Shown one piece after another: positions 1 to 11,797 of a stretch of DNA of 64,000 bases; the first letter of the stretch is position 1; each line of letters opens with the position of its first letter. The stretch comes from Heptranchias perlo (Eukaryota), in NCBI RefSeq assembly GCF_035084215.1, contig NC_090357.1, positions 8,742,001 to 8,806,000 of the forward strand, written 5' to 3'. The position numbers and the translations under genes are program-made. Below the pieces are notes generated by a model. That model did not search any database and had not been told where the DNA came from. It worked only from the letters and a program-made list of their open reading frames with translations.

Positions 1-183
1 CTGCCAACAGGCAGCCAGCCTGTCAATCTGACCGCCTGGCACTTTGGAAACCTGGAAGCTCAAGTATGCATCTTCAGTTGAGTTGCGATCATAGATTGCG
101 ACGCACTCAATTCGCTTCCGGGTTCCCCACGCGAATATCTGCGGACGTTATAGGGTACCCGGCTCCGAACTAAAATCATGCCC
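1..183. mobile_element. Right end of a non-autonomous DNA transposon (PIF/Harbinger-like MITE)
   Basis: Ends in CTAAAATCATGCCC, the same terminus as the element at 35820-36695. Shares the internal motif CCAGCCTGTCAATC (reverse complement near 35985-36000). Confidence 0.55.
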
Positions 184-394
184 AATAGGTAGTTGAAGGA
201 AAAGAGAAAGAAATCAAATGGGCTTAGGACTGATCCTCATGTGGAGGACAAACACCAACACAGACTGGTTGGGCCGAATGGCCTGTTTTGATATTCTAAT
301 TTCTATGTAATTTTATATCATTTCTTCCAAGAGACAGTATTTTTTAGAATTCTGCTTACAGAACATCAGCTCTTTTGTTGGCCAATTTTGTAAA

Positions 395-795
395 AGGTTG
401 TGGGTTCAAACCCCACTCCAGAAACTTGAGCACATAATCAGGCAGTTCTGTGCAGTACTGAGGGAGTGCTGCACTGTCGGAGGTGCCGTCTTTCGGATAA
501 GATGTTAAACTGAGGCCCTGTCTGCCCTCTCGGGTGGATGTAAAAGATCATATGGCACTATTGGAAATGGAGCAGGGGAGTTCTCCCTGATATCCTGGCA
601 ATATTTATCGCAAACCAACACCTAAAACTCGATCTGGTCATTTATTTCATTGCTGTTTGTGGGAGCTTGCTATGCGCAGATTAGCTGCTGCTTTTTCTAC
701 AACAGGGGCTATTCTTCAAAAGTACTTCACTGGCTGTAAAGCGCTGTGGGACTGAGGTTGTGAGAGGCACTATATAAATGCAAGTCTTCCTTTCT
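395..795 (+). mobile_element. tRNA-derived SINE (DeuSINE/SacSINE1-like)
   Basis: B-box-like GGTTCAAACCC head, conserved core (GGAGGTGCCGTCTTTC...GGATGTAAAAGATC), L2-type tail TATAAATGCAAGT. About 10 copies in the window. Confidence 0.75.
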
Positions 796-1794
796 TTAGA
801 AGAAAACTGTAAAGAAATCTCTTTAAACATGGTGCAGCTTCCTCCTTATGAATTTCCATTGTCATTTGTGTACGTTTGAAGGTCCATTGTGTTAAAGCAC
901 AATGTTGTGTCCAGTCCTAATTGGAAATATAATCTCATTATAACTGAATCAGTTCTAATATGAAAGTAACTTTTTCACCCAAAGGGCAATAGTGTTCGGG
1001 AATAAGTGAGCAGGGAAGGCCATAGGAGTGGAGAGTATAAATGGATTCAAAGACAATTACTGGAGAAAGAAAAGATGGGAGAGAATGAGGGTAGATGGGG
1101 TTGATCCATGAAAAAGGGGCAGGTTTCTTGCACCTAAAGCCTTCTCGTGGTCCTAAGATTTCTTCCGCACCTGAATGTTGGAAATAAATGTCTTGGTTGC
1201 CTGGGAAGGAGCTATTTTTCAGGTGTCGCCCTTCGATGCTGTCAGTGTATTTCAGGAATGCAGGTACAACCCAAGGATCCTTCACTGGGAAACATTCCAG
1301 TGAGGATGATGCAGTGAACCGTACAGTGATGAAGCGCAGGGCAAGTTTGACATTACGGATGTCTGACAACTTGAGGGCTGCTCACCCTAGATAGAAATGC
1401 AATTAACTTTTCCAAATATGCACGCTTTCAAATTCTTCTGACCATGGTCATAGAAACATTGTCAGGATTCGGCTTTATTCACAGCCTGATGAAAATGTAC
1501 TTCAGGGGGCAAAAATGCATGGAATTTTGAGAGAAAGGATGGCTCATGTTGAAAAGGGCTCGTTTACAACAGCTCTGTAAAAGAGAGCAACGAAAGAGTT
1601 TGCAGTCTATTGTAGTTTAACCTTAGCTTTGTGAATTCTAAAAAGTTTTTCTTTCAATAGATATATAAGGCGACTATTTTGACATGATCTGGAATATAAT
1701 CTGATAATAACATTAAACAATAATTGTGTAGTTTATTTATCTTCCAGCACTTAACTGGATTTGTGCTCACTAACATTCCCCCTCCATGCTCCCC

Positions 1795-2160
1795 CGATGG
1801 CTTAGTGGATATATCTGCATCATCTGGTGTAGTACTGAACCACATGGAGCACAAAGGCTCCCAGCTTCTAACCCCAGTCTATGCCGAGTTAGCTGATTTC
1901 AGTTGGGGTAGCATTTGGGTGCTACAGTTACCCCCAGGAGAAAAAATATCCAGTGTTCTCCTTCCTAGTTGCTATCCAGTGACTCCTGCTGGAAAATGTC
2001 CACGTGTGGATATCAGACAGGGTCATGATTGGGTTTGGCTGTGATGGCTTCCATGCTAAAATAGTCTGTCAACATTCACCATCCAGGCTCTTGGACAAGG
2101 TTGTCATACTGCAGCAAGTGTCAACGCCTTAGGAGATGAGGGGAGAAAATAGGAAACAAA
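1795..2160 (+). mobile_element. Unclassified SINE-like interspersed repeat (second family)
   Basis: Related copies near 38795-39480, 40200-40570, 57895-58570 (+) and 50720-50920, 51150-51330, 52610-52780 (-). Confidence 0.5.
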
Positions 2161-2214
2161 AACAATTCCATTTCCAAATCTATCTGTTTTCATAGCTTGT
2201 GTTCGTACATGGAA

Positions 2215-2565
2215 CTATCTCTCTGTAACCTCTTCCAGCCCTACAACCCTCCAAGACCTCTGCGCTCCTCCAATTCTGGCCTTTTGCGCATCTCCGATTT
2301 TAATTACTCCACCATTGGCAGCGGTGCCTTCAACTACCAAGGCCCTAAGTTCTGGAATTCCTCCCCCTAAACCTCTCCGCCTCTCTACCTCTCTCTCCTC
2401 CTTTAATACGCTCCTTAAAGTCTACTTCTTTCACCAAGCTTTTGGTCATCTGTCCTAATATCTCGTTATGTGGCTTGGTGTCAAATTTTGTTTGATGACG
2501 CTCCTGTGAAGGGCTTGGGACGTTTTACTATGTTAAAGACATGGTATAAATGCAAGTTGTTGTTG
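2215..2565 (+). mobile_element. L2 LINE 3' end fragment
   Basis: Same sequence as the 3' portion of the RT-bearing L2 copy at 56360-57288; ends TATAAATGCAAGTTGTTGTTG. Confidence 0.75.
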
Positions 2566-2654
2566 ACAACCAGAGGGCATCAACCTAGTTCTTTTTCGCA
2601 GTTTAAAGGTACTTCTAAAGACACTTCAACATGTTTGCAAATAGGGAAGGGTAT

Positions 2655-2952
2655 GATGATGTGACTGGTGTTGTACTGGTGAGACTCATGGTGTAATGGT
2701 GTGATTGATGGTGTGATGGTGTAATGGTGTGACTGGTGGTGTAATGGTGTGACTGGTGGTGTAATGATATAACTCGGTGGTGTAATAATGTGACTGGTGG
2801 TATAATGATGTAACTGATGGTGTAATAATGTGACTGGTGGTACAATTATATGACTGGTGGTGTAATGATATGACTCGGTGGTGTAATAATGTGACTGGTG
2901 GTGTAATATGACTCAGTGGCGTAATGATGTGACTGGGGTACAATGATGTAAC
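2655..2952. repeat. Minisatellite, ~20-21 bp unit (GTGACTGGTGGTGTAATGAT)
   Basis: About 14 imperfect tandem units with no unique spacers. Confidence 0.9.
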
Positions 2953-4609
2953 ATCACACCCAAGTTGAGGAAATTCAGCAAACATTTTACAGGAATAAAA
3001 TTCCAGTGAATTCCGACTACAGAGGGAGAAGTTTAAAGAAATGCTTCAGCATAAAGGTCCGACAGCATGCTTATCCTAAAGTAGCTCTAACTTCAACTTT
3101 CAGTACACCCGCTTTCCGGAGCTCTGTGTGTTAGCTTGGCTCGGTTGGTGTTACTCTTGCCGTGAGGGCTTTGGGTTCAAGCCCCACACTTGGAGATAAG
3201 CTAGGCTAATGCTCCAGTGCAGAGCTGAGGGAGTACTGCATTGCCAGAAGTGCCATCCTTCAAATGAGATGTTAAACCAAAGCCCTGTTTGTCTTACCAG
3301 TGGATGTTAAAGCTGTAACTGGAAGATAGTAAGGTTGGTATTCGGGAAGGATGAGATTTGAAGGGTATGCTCACCTGAAACCATCTGTGGTTTTAGAGAT
3401 TTTGAGCCCTTATTTTGTGTTATGAAAACTTCCGTAGTATCTGCTCCATAAACCACTTTACATCCCAAATGAGATGGGCCTGTACGTTAGGTTAGATGGG
3501 AACTCTCTTAACTCTGAAAGTGGTAATTACTGCAATGGCACTGATAACAGGATACTTTGTGTGTATTGAGGATGAGACAACCTCTTTTTAGGGTATTTAC
3601 TTCTACTTTTCTTCTCTTGAGTCTCTGCACGTCACACACTGCTGCGGGGAGAGAGGGAGGACCAGTGGGTGGCTAGCTTGCAGGTTCCACCAATGCAGTT
3701 CTGAAGCCAGCTGCTAGGGAGTTTGGGAGACGGGTCTAGGATGAATGGCTCCCCTTTGATTTTTCAACCCTCCCTTTGAGGAACAAATGACCTTACCTAC
3801 ACCGGGCATCTTCCCACAGCGCCATGCCCGAGAGTCACAGGTATGAAAAGTAACATGCTGTGTTGCAGCCACTTATGGCATCAGGCCACTCACCTACAGA
3901 GTTCCAATTCTATCAACAGCCTCAGAGGCTAATGAGAGTCACAATCCATGAGACCGTTAATAAATCAAAAAATAAATCAAACTAACATAATCGAATATTT
4001 ACCACAGCAGTTATAACAACAAAATCACGGCTTCCCAATCATCAGCCCTCCACTTCGGAATAACCTCTCAGGATTCGAGAGTTCACTCAATAAATAGGCA
4101 AACTGTTCACCATGGCACAGACAGAAGTAAAACAGTTGAACGTGTTCACCCAACAGGTGATAGAATTTTGGAATAAGTTACCAGAGAAGTCCAGTGAAGC
4201 AGGCAGTATAAATGGATTCAAAAGGCAATTAGGTAGATTTCTGGAGAGAGCAGAATTGAGGGATTGTGGTTAGACAGTTCGATGAAAAAGGAACACATTT
4301 TCTGGGCATAACTGCCTTTTCCTGATTCCAAAAATGTTCACATTCTAGGTATCCCAGGCTAGCATCTTACACTAATTGGGGAGTGTATACCATGAGTGGA
4401 ATGATCCGAAACTCACGAGAAATATGATCATGAGTGAACTATTGTCAACGGATTGTCAACAAAATGGGATATGAATAATATTCCATGACTTCTTCATAAT
4501 GTATTCTTTATACAGTAAAAATAAATTAATTATAAGCATAAAACTATAACCCATTGTGCTTTGTGGATTGGTTCCAGTGATGTCAGAGTGACCTGTGTTT
4601 TTTAGTAAC

Positions 4610-5185
4610 ATAGTAACATTAGGGATTAGGAACAAGAGTAGGCCATTCAGTCCTTCGGGCCTGCTCCGCATTCAATTAGATCATGGCTGATCTGCACCTC
4701 AACTCCATTTTCCTGTCTTTGCTCCCAATCACTTGATACCCTTAACTAACAAAAATCCATCTATCTCAGTCTCGAAAGCTCCAGTTGTCCTGCGTCCACA
4801 GCCTTTTGTGGGAGGGAGTTCAAAAATTTCTACTACCCTTTGTGTGCAAAAGTGCTTCCTGATTTTGCTCCTGAATGGCCTAACTCTAATTTTAAGATTC
4901 CCCTTGTTTTTGATTTCCCCATCAGAGGAAATAGTTTCTCCATATCTACCCTATCAAATCCTTTTAACATTTTAAACACCTCGATCAGATCACCCCTTAA
5001 TTTCCTATACTCAAGGGAATACAAACCAAGTTTAAGCAATCTGTTCTCATAATTTAGCCCTCAGTGTCATTCTGGTGATTCTGAGCTGCACCCCCTCCAT
5101 GGCCAATATATCCTTCCTGAGGTATGGTGTCCAAAACTGAACACAGTACTCCCAATGGGGTCTGACCAAGGCACTATAGAGCAGC
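4610..5185 (-). mobile_element. CR1 LINE 3' fragment
   Basis: Translations LYSALVRPHWEYCVQFW and LGLYSLEYRKLRGDLIEVFK are CR1 ORF2 C-terminal motifs; CR1 3'UTR follows. Confidence 0.85.
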
Positions 5186-5574
5186 ACTTTTCCGGAAATT
5201 CTGTTCATTCCGAGGCAATTCCAGAGCAACCAAATGTGTTTTGAAGGAAAAGGTATATCCGGCTATGAGAATTTGATATAATAATGTCATCCCCAGGAAA
5301 TATCTAAACTTATTATGGAGAAGGCATCATTGTGAACAGAGCAGTTTGGTTCCAAAGTAAGATATTGGGATTGATTAATACTGAATACTCTGTGTAATGA
5401 AACATGGCATATAGGAGTCATATCACCCTGTTTATAAAGTACAGTCAGATTTATGCCTCATATCTATATAAAAAGCCGAATAAAGATTCTCAATGAGGTT
5501 CATTCTCACCAGTTGTATGTGAGAAAATAATTTGCACCGCAGAATTGAGAGGAAAATTCATGCTATGTAAAGAA

Positions 5575-6005
5575 AGAACTTGCATTTATATAGTGCCATT
5601 CAAATTCTCAAGCTGTCCAAAAGCACTTTACACAATGAATTGCTTTTGAAGTGTAGTCACTGTTGTTCTGTCGGCGTACATGGCAGCCAAGTTATGCATA
5701 GCAAGGTTTCACAAACAGCTGTGATAAATGACCAGCTAGCCTGCTGTGGTGGTGTTGGTTGAGGGATAAATATTGGCCAGGACACCAGGAAAAGTCCTCT
5801 GTGTTTCTTCAAATAGTGCCGTGGGATCTTTTATTTCCACCTTAACAGACAGATGACACCTCAGTTTAACGTCTCGCCCAAAAGACGGCATCTTCAACAA
5901 TGCAGCACTCGCTCAGTACAGCACTGAAGTGTCAACCTAGATTATGAGCTCAAGTCATAGAGTGGGGTTTGAACCCACAACCTCCCGACTCAGAGGTGAG
6001 AGTGC
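5575..6005 (-). mobile_element. DeuSINE-like SINE
   Basis: Reverse complement of the family at 395-795 and 16647-17100. Confidence 0.75.
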
Positions 6006-6789
6006 AATCTAAAGGCAGAAATGGAGAATGAAATTTAAAATTTTTGGATGATTTAACTGAAGTCTTTAATTTATAGCTCATGACAGAGAAAGAATCCTGA
6101 TCACTTATGAGAGACGGGATATGAAGCAAAGGTGGGAAAACGCAGTTGAGGTGCAGTTCAACCATGATCTAATTGAAGTGAAGCAGGCCTGAGGGGCTGT
6201 ATGGTCTACTCCTGATCCTAATGTTCCTATGTTACTAGATATCTGTAAACAGATATTTGCATTTTAATGGTGTTGGGCAGTTACTATAGGAGTAGGTTTC
6301 CCAGGGGATTGGTTCAATCGCTGATAGGGCTTGGGAACAACTTGAAGGGATAATGTTTCCATTTGCTTTAAAGGCGATTAAAGATGCTGATTGAAGGTTG
6401 CTGGGATTACAAATAAGGCATGATGACTGTTACACTAATCAAGCACCTTTCTGTACTATTAATGTTACTCAACACTGGATAGAATAGCCACTTGTCATTC
6501 CAAAACCATGGGAGCAACCATGCTGCCTCCAACACTTGAAGTGGGGTTGGAAACACATCAACTGCCAGCAACCTAAAAAACAAAATAAAAACTGTTAATA
6601 TAATAATGTATTGTGGCCTCTACACTGATCAGTTGGTAAAGAAGTACTTCCAGAGAATGGAGCTAAAATCATTTAAAATTTTGTTCTACAATATCAGATA
6701 AATGATCCATACTTGGTTTTGATTTGTTTTCCAGTCATGACACAAATCAATCTACTCCAAGGAACACTCTTTCATTAGCAAGTTCATAT

Positions 6790-7200
6790 CATTTGTTCTG
6801 GGGTTGGTCCATCCACGACAGCGCTGGATAACTTCATTTAGTCAGAGAATTCCACTGAATCGTTACTGATCTGATTTAGCCAGGGTGACCCCGTGGCTGC
6901 TTCCAGGTCGGTTTCCTTCCTGACCTCTATTCCAATCTTCAGTGCTCGGTTTACGGGAACTTTGTCTCCAAGATGGTCAACGTGACCAATGAGAACACGT
7001 AGGCAACGATTAATGACAACTTTAATCTTCTCAAGTCCATTTCTCGTTGTTACATCTGTGTTACGGACAAAGTCGAACCATCTAACTCCCAAAAGTCGCC
7101 TCTGACAGTACATATGAAATGCTTCCAGTCACTTGATATCTTACTTAAGCAGACCTGCATCCTTCCGATACTAAATTTGAAAGGAGATTGTTTAATCCAG
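6790..7200 (-). mobile_element. RTE-clade LINE fragment (ORF C-terminus)
   Basis: Translation RLEAFHMYCQRRLLGVRWFDFVRNTDV...LIGHVDHL is typical of RTE/RTE-X C-termini. Confidence 0.7.
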
Positions 7201-8254
7201 GCTTGGCTCCCACTAACAATAGCTGCTCTCTTGACCTCTCTTTCATTTAGACCGTTCATTAAGTACACTTATGGATATTCGCAGAAACCCTCCTGGAGAA
7301 ACCATCTGAAGACCTATTAAAGAAACAAGTATTTTAGAGATGGTTTATTTGGTCGCATTTTCTTTCTGTTGCCTCATCTCACCAGTTCTCTCCCTGCTGT
7401 TTCGTTTCAATTCAGGAGCTCAGTGTTTGACACTCTCAGCAGCTTTAACCCACTCTGTCTTGGTACACAAAATATTGGAAACAGTTCAATCCCATATTAT
7501 GTTTGTAAATAGAAATAAAAAGATTTTCTTGATAGAATATACTGCGGACATAATCTGCTGGAAGGCAGCTCTCCATAAACCTGCACCGACGATGTCACAA
7601 GAGTAAAACCTCTTCAGGGTCACCATTAACCATCCAGATGTGAAGTTGGCCCCTATACTGACAGCCGTTGGCACATCAACTGACCCAAGCTGGAACAAAA
7701 CTCACGCATAGCACTGAAGCTGTATATCACAAGCAGCAACAGATACTAGACAATGATTTCAAGTCTGTAATCTCAGAGTTCAGAAGGCAGTCATAAACCA
7801 CTGAAAGTTTGGCTCTTGTGGGTAATTACTTCATCTGAACCTCTCGATCAGAATCGTGGCTTGATACACTCCCATGTAACCATTGCTCTGTAATTTATAT
7901 AACACCTGCCATTTTCTACAATTCAATTTAAAAAGCTATTCCTGTACCACTACCATAGGAATAGAAGTAGGCCATTCAGCCCCTCGAGCCTGCTCCACCA
8001 TTCAATTAAATCATGGCTGATTTGTACCTGTCTCTTTCAGTCACATAATATCATACCTACTGTTTTAACCTCTTTTCCAAAAATGTGACCAAAAATCCAT
8101 TTTCTTTAAAGAATCATCATGGTGGACTCTACAGGTAAACAGGCTTCATTTAACAGATGGCTGGGTCAGTGTTCAAGGCTTTAACGCAGTGATGTTGCAG
8201 TAGAGGGTTGAAGGTTACAGCTCCACTACACTTCAACTATTGCTGAATTAGAAA

Positions 8255-8405
8255 TTGCCCACCAGGAATCTGAATTGAGCCTGGCCAAACTCATTTCACG
8301 TAGGACCCTTACAGCCAACAGGCTGAGGAGATCTTTGTACCTTCGGTATGGGCTGGATTTGAACCCTGATTCCAGTGGTGAAAGGTGTCTAAACCACTGC
8401 GTCAC
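8255..8405 (-). mobile_element. LF-SINE-like 5' fragment
   Basis: Minus strand CCTTTCACC...GGTTCAAATCCAGCCCA...CCTACGTGAAATGAGTTTGG resembles the LF-SINE head as I recall it. Confidence 0.5.
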
Positions 8406-8659
8406 TCACTATCTCCCTCCCATGCTGATGTGCTGATTAAATTCACAAATAGTACCAAAATAAACATAGAAAACTTTATTATTAAAATATTTTGAGATGC
8501 GTGGGAGTATGTTCTAGGCTATAACAGATTTTTTTTTAAAGTTCAGACTATAGAAATATTTAAGCATCATGAATTATTAAATATAAGCCCTTGGAGTATG
8601 TTACACCTTATGCTATGCTTCCGGTCATCTTCCGCAGTATTGGAATGTTGCTGGCTTTA

Positions 8660-8945
8660 GACAACAACAACTTGCATTTATATAGCGCCTTTAACCCAGG
8701 AAAAGGTCCCAAGATGCTTCACAGGAGAGTAATCGGACGATAATTGGCACCTAGCCAAAGAAGGAGACATTAGGACCAAAAGCTTGATCAAAGAGGTAGA
8801 TTTTAAGGAGCATCTTAAAGGAGGAAAGAGATGTGGAGAGGCTGAGAGGTCATTTGAGGGAATTCCAGAGCTTAGGGCCTAGGCGGCTGAAGGCACGGCC
8901 GCCGATGATGGAGTGAAGGAAATGGGGCATGCACAAAAGGCTAGA
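8660..8945 (-). mobile_element. L2 LINE 3' end fragment
   Basis: Reverse complement of the L2 tail family (begins ACAACAACAACTTGCATTTATA). Confidence 0.75.
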
Positions 8946-9876
8946 GACACTGAGCTCTTCCTCACTTAGCTGCACTCCATAGTATTAACCATCCATCCTA
9001 CATTAATGAACACACAAATGTGGATCCAACAATATGCCACCAGGTCACGGACAGCAGTTTAATTAAAATTAACGTGGGGAACTGGTCCCTTGCAGTTGGA
9101 CCCTGGCTCTACACATAAACAGCAAGCTCCATCAGATTTTTAATCTGAAAATTACAAAAAGTGAGACTTGGGTTCATCCATATTCAAAATATCGCCCAGA
9201 TCATCACTTCTCTAAAGGTTACATGAGCAAGTTCCCCCCTTCACCTTAGAAATACACACCTGCTTTTCATAGTGGAACTCGTCCCCATCTAATCCTCTTC
9301 ACCCAGTTCACAGAGGCACTCTTCCATCCCAGGCGGTACCTTGCCTTAACACTTCACAGCGATATTCTCACTCCCTGATGGTCTTCTCGTTGCCGATCCT
9401 GGCTGCAGCTCATGCCCGCTGCGACTGCTTCATTCTGGAGTAAAGTCCGCGTTGTGGGCTGGATTCCCTGATTTATCGTGAGAGCAGGAACTCCCACCTC
9501 GCAAGACACAGCACAGAGTCCGCTCCTGGAGTGAAGCAGGTATGAGTCTCAGTCACCTGGAGCTAACAATGAGATAAGCATCAGGAAGCAGAGCATCAGC
9601 CATCTCCCAGGGCAATAAAACACCATCACAGAGACTTCGACTGAAGCAATATTAGTGCAACTCTTCCCAGTTTGTTTTACTTCAAGTCCTCATTTTTTTA
9701 AATATTTATTTCAGGAATGGTCATTAAATTGAAAAATTCCTGCAACAAAAAAATTCTAAAGACATTTGTTTTGGGCTTTGAAGTTTTTCAATTAAAAATT
9801 AATAAAATATGAAACATTACTTATTAAATTTGTTTGTCTTGGCTGAATGATTCGAGGCCCACTTTATATCAGATCA

Positions 9877-10434
9877 TGATGTGGAGATGCCGGTGATGGA
9901 CTGGGGTTGACAATTGTAAACAATTTTACAACACCAAGTTATAGTCCAGCAATTTTATTTTAAATTCACAAGCTTTCGGAGGCTTCCTCCTTCGTCAGGT
10001 GAACGATGTGAAAATGAAATCCTCGAAATGAAATCGCATTTATAATTCACAGAACAATGCTTGGTGAGTACAGACAGTTTTTTCAACTGCCCGTTGCCAA
10101 GGCAATCAGTGTGCAGACAGACAGGTGTTACCTGCCAGGTCTCACAGAATATACAAATCACCAAAAAAAAACAACAAACAAAAAAAAACAGAAATAGAGA
10201 GGTAGAAACATAGAAAAGACAGCAACTGACCCGTTATATTAAAAACAGATAACATTTGTTCGCTGGTGGGGTAACGTGTAGCGTGACATGAACCCAAGAT
10301 CCCGGTTGAGGCCGTCCTCATGGGTGCGGAACTTGGCTATCAATTTCTGCTCGACGATTTTGCGTTGTCGTGTGTCTCGAAGGCCGCCTTGGAGTACGCT
10401 TACCCGAAGGTCGGTGGATGAATGTCCATGACTG
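9877..10434 (-). mobile_element. Penelope-like element 3' fragment (GIY-YIG C-terminus, pLTR, tail)
   Basis: Encodes RKIVEQKLIAKFRTHEDGLNRDLGF; carries a hammerhead and AATAAA; flanked by 9-bp duplication ATCAGATCA (9868-9876, 10435-10443). Confidence 0.9.
9965..10003 (-). ncRNA. Minimal type I hammerhead ribozyme (PLE)
   Basis: UUCAC-CUGACGA-A-GGAGG-AAG-CCUCC-GAAA-GCUU-GUGAA: catalytic core boxes, stems I and II, palindromic AGCU stem III. Confidence 0.8.
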
Positions 10435-10944
10435 ATCAGATCAGAAACTGATTAGGCAGACTTTCTTGAATGCTGATCCCTTAATGCTTCCTCTCATAAA
10501 ATACCATAAGACCACTCTTTTTAACTTCCTATTTTATGGGTGTAGTTTTGGGGTAAACTTTTCTATTCTTCTGGATTTTTAATCTGATTCTTTTTCATGT
10601 AACTAACCCATGGCTTAGCTCCTTGCAGCCGAGAACACCTCCAGGCAGCCACTGTATTGTATCGGGCCACTAGAAATTACTCCTGGCTTCCCAAGAATGA
10701 ACCCTCCTCTGACGACCTCCCCCCCCCCACCACCCTCTGATGACCCCCTCCCTCCTCCTTGGAGAGGCTTCACATCATCCATTTGATTCCTTGCTCAACC
10801 TGGCTCAGATTGGGATTCAAACCTGCACCTGTTGCTGCACCATAGCACTGATATGCTTCCCTCAATCAGCTTTCCTAAACACACATCCAACTCCAGTTGG
10901 AGATTTTGTACAAAGGCGGACAAGATCAACTCATAATTAAAATG

Positions 10945-11143
10945 TAAGGAGTCGTACAACACCAGGTTATAGTCCAACAGCTTTATTTGAAATCACAAGC
11001 TTTCGGAGCTTTGCTCCTTCGTCAGGTGAGGAAGGAGGAAAGCTCCGAAAGCTTGTGATTTCAAATAAAGCTGTTGGACTATAACCTGGTGTTGTGCGTC
11101 TCCTTACATTTGTCCACCCCAGTCCATCACCGGCATCTCCACA
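10945..11143. mobile_element. Short fold-back Penelope-like insertion
   Basis: Inverted pLTR ends plus tail; 14-bp TSD TCATAATTAAAATG (10931-10944, 11144-11157). Confidence 0.9.
10993..11029 (-). ncRNA. Minimal hammerhead ribozyme (PLE)
   Basis: UCAC-CUGACGA-A-GGAGC-AAA-GCUCC-GAAA-GCUU-GUGA. Confidence 0.8.
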
Positions 11144-11797
11144 TCATAATTAAAATGCAATTGCATTTTTTTATCATCTATCTTCAAACCTAATGAAGAA
11201 TGTTTACTGATTTTTTTCCAGAAACTCATTCACTTTGTTAGTCTGCACTGATTTTTTTTTTTGGGAGATTACAAAATATGAACATATTTGAACAAAAGTG
11301 CAATGTTGTAGTGATATGGAATTAATTACTCAAGCTTTGTATCTCCTGCAACTACAGAATTGTCCTTTTTTGCTGTATTCTATGACCAAACTGATAAATC
11401 ATTGTAGGATAATGCCTTCTATGTTTTATTTCTAACAAAATCACAAATAAAGAAAGTGTTCACAATTTCATTACAAATAGCACAAAATCTTAAACAGTAA
11501 CCTGTTAAGTTTTTTTAAAACAAGAACATCACCACAGTCCTCAAAGGTTAAATAGTTGAGTTGTGCTGATAGATTGCAGTTCCTAGTTTCACTGATGCGC
11601 TGTACAATTAAATACTGAAACACAAATTCTCCCTCATGATTCCTCAAGCGGGGAGTTCCTTCACATAACTGGACCATGCGGGTGAGGTGCTTCTGCTGAA
11701 CGAGGCAGAGAAAAATTGGAAGAGCAAATTAACCTTTGCTGCTCTGATTGATTGAAGATTCCTGCTGACTGACTGACAAAGAGCTGCACTGGCAGGG

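Noticed and set aside
2655-2952. CRISPR-like array or His-rich protein
   Set aside because: Contiguous degenerate tandem units without unique spacers, in a eukaryotic context.
11030-11060. Plus-strand hammerhead in the 10945 insertion
   Set aside because: The CUGAC part of the core and the 5' strand of stem I are truncated at the inversion point.
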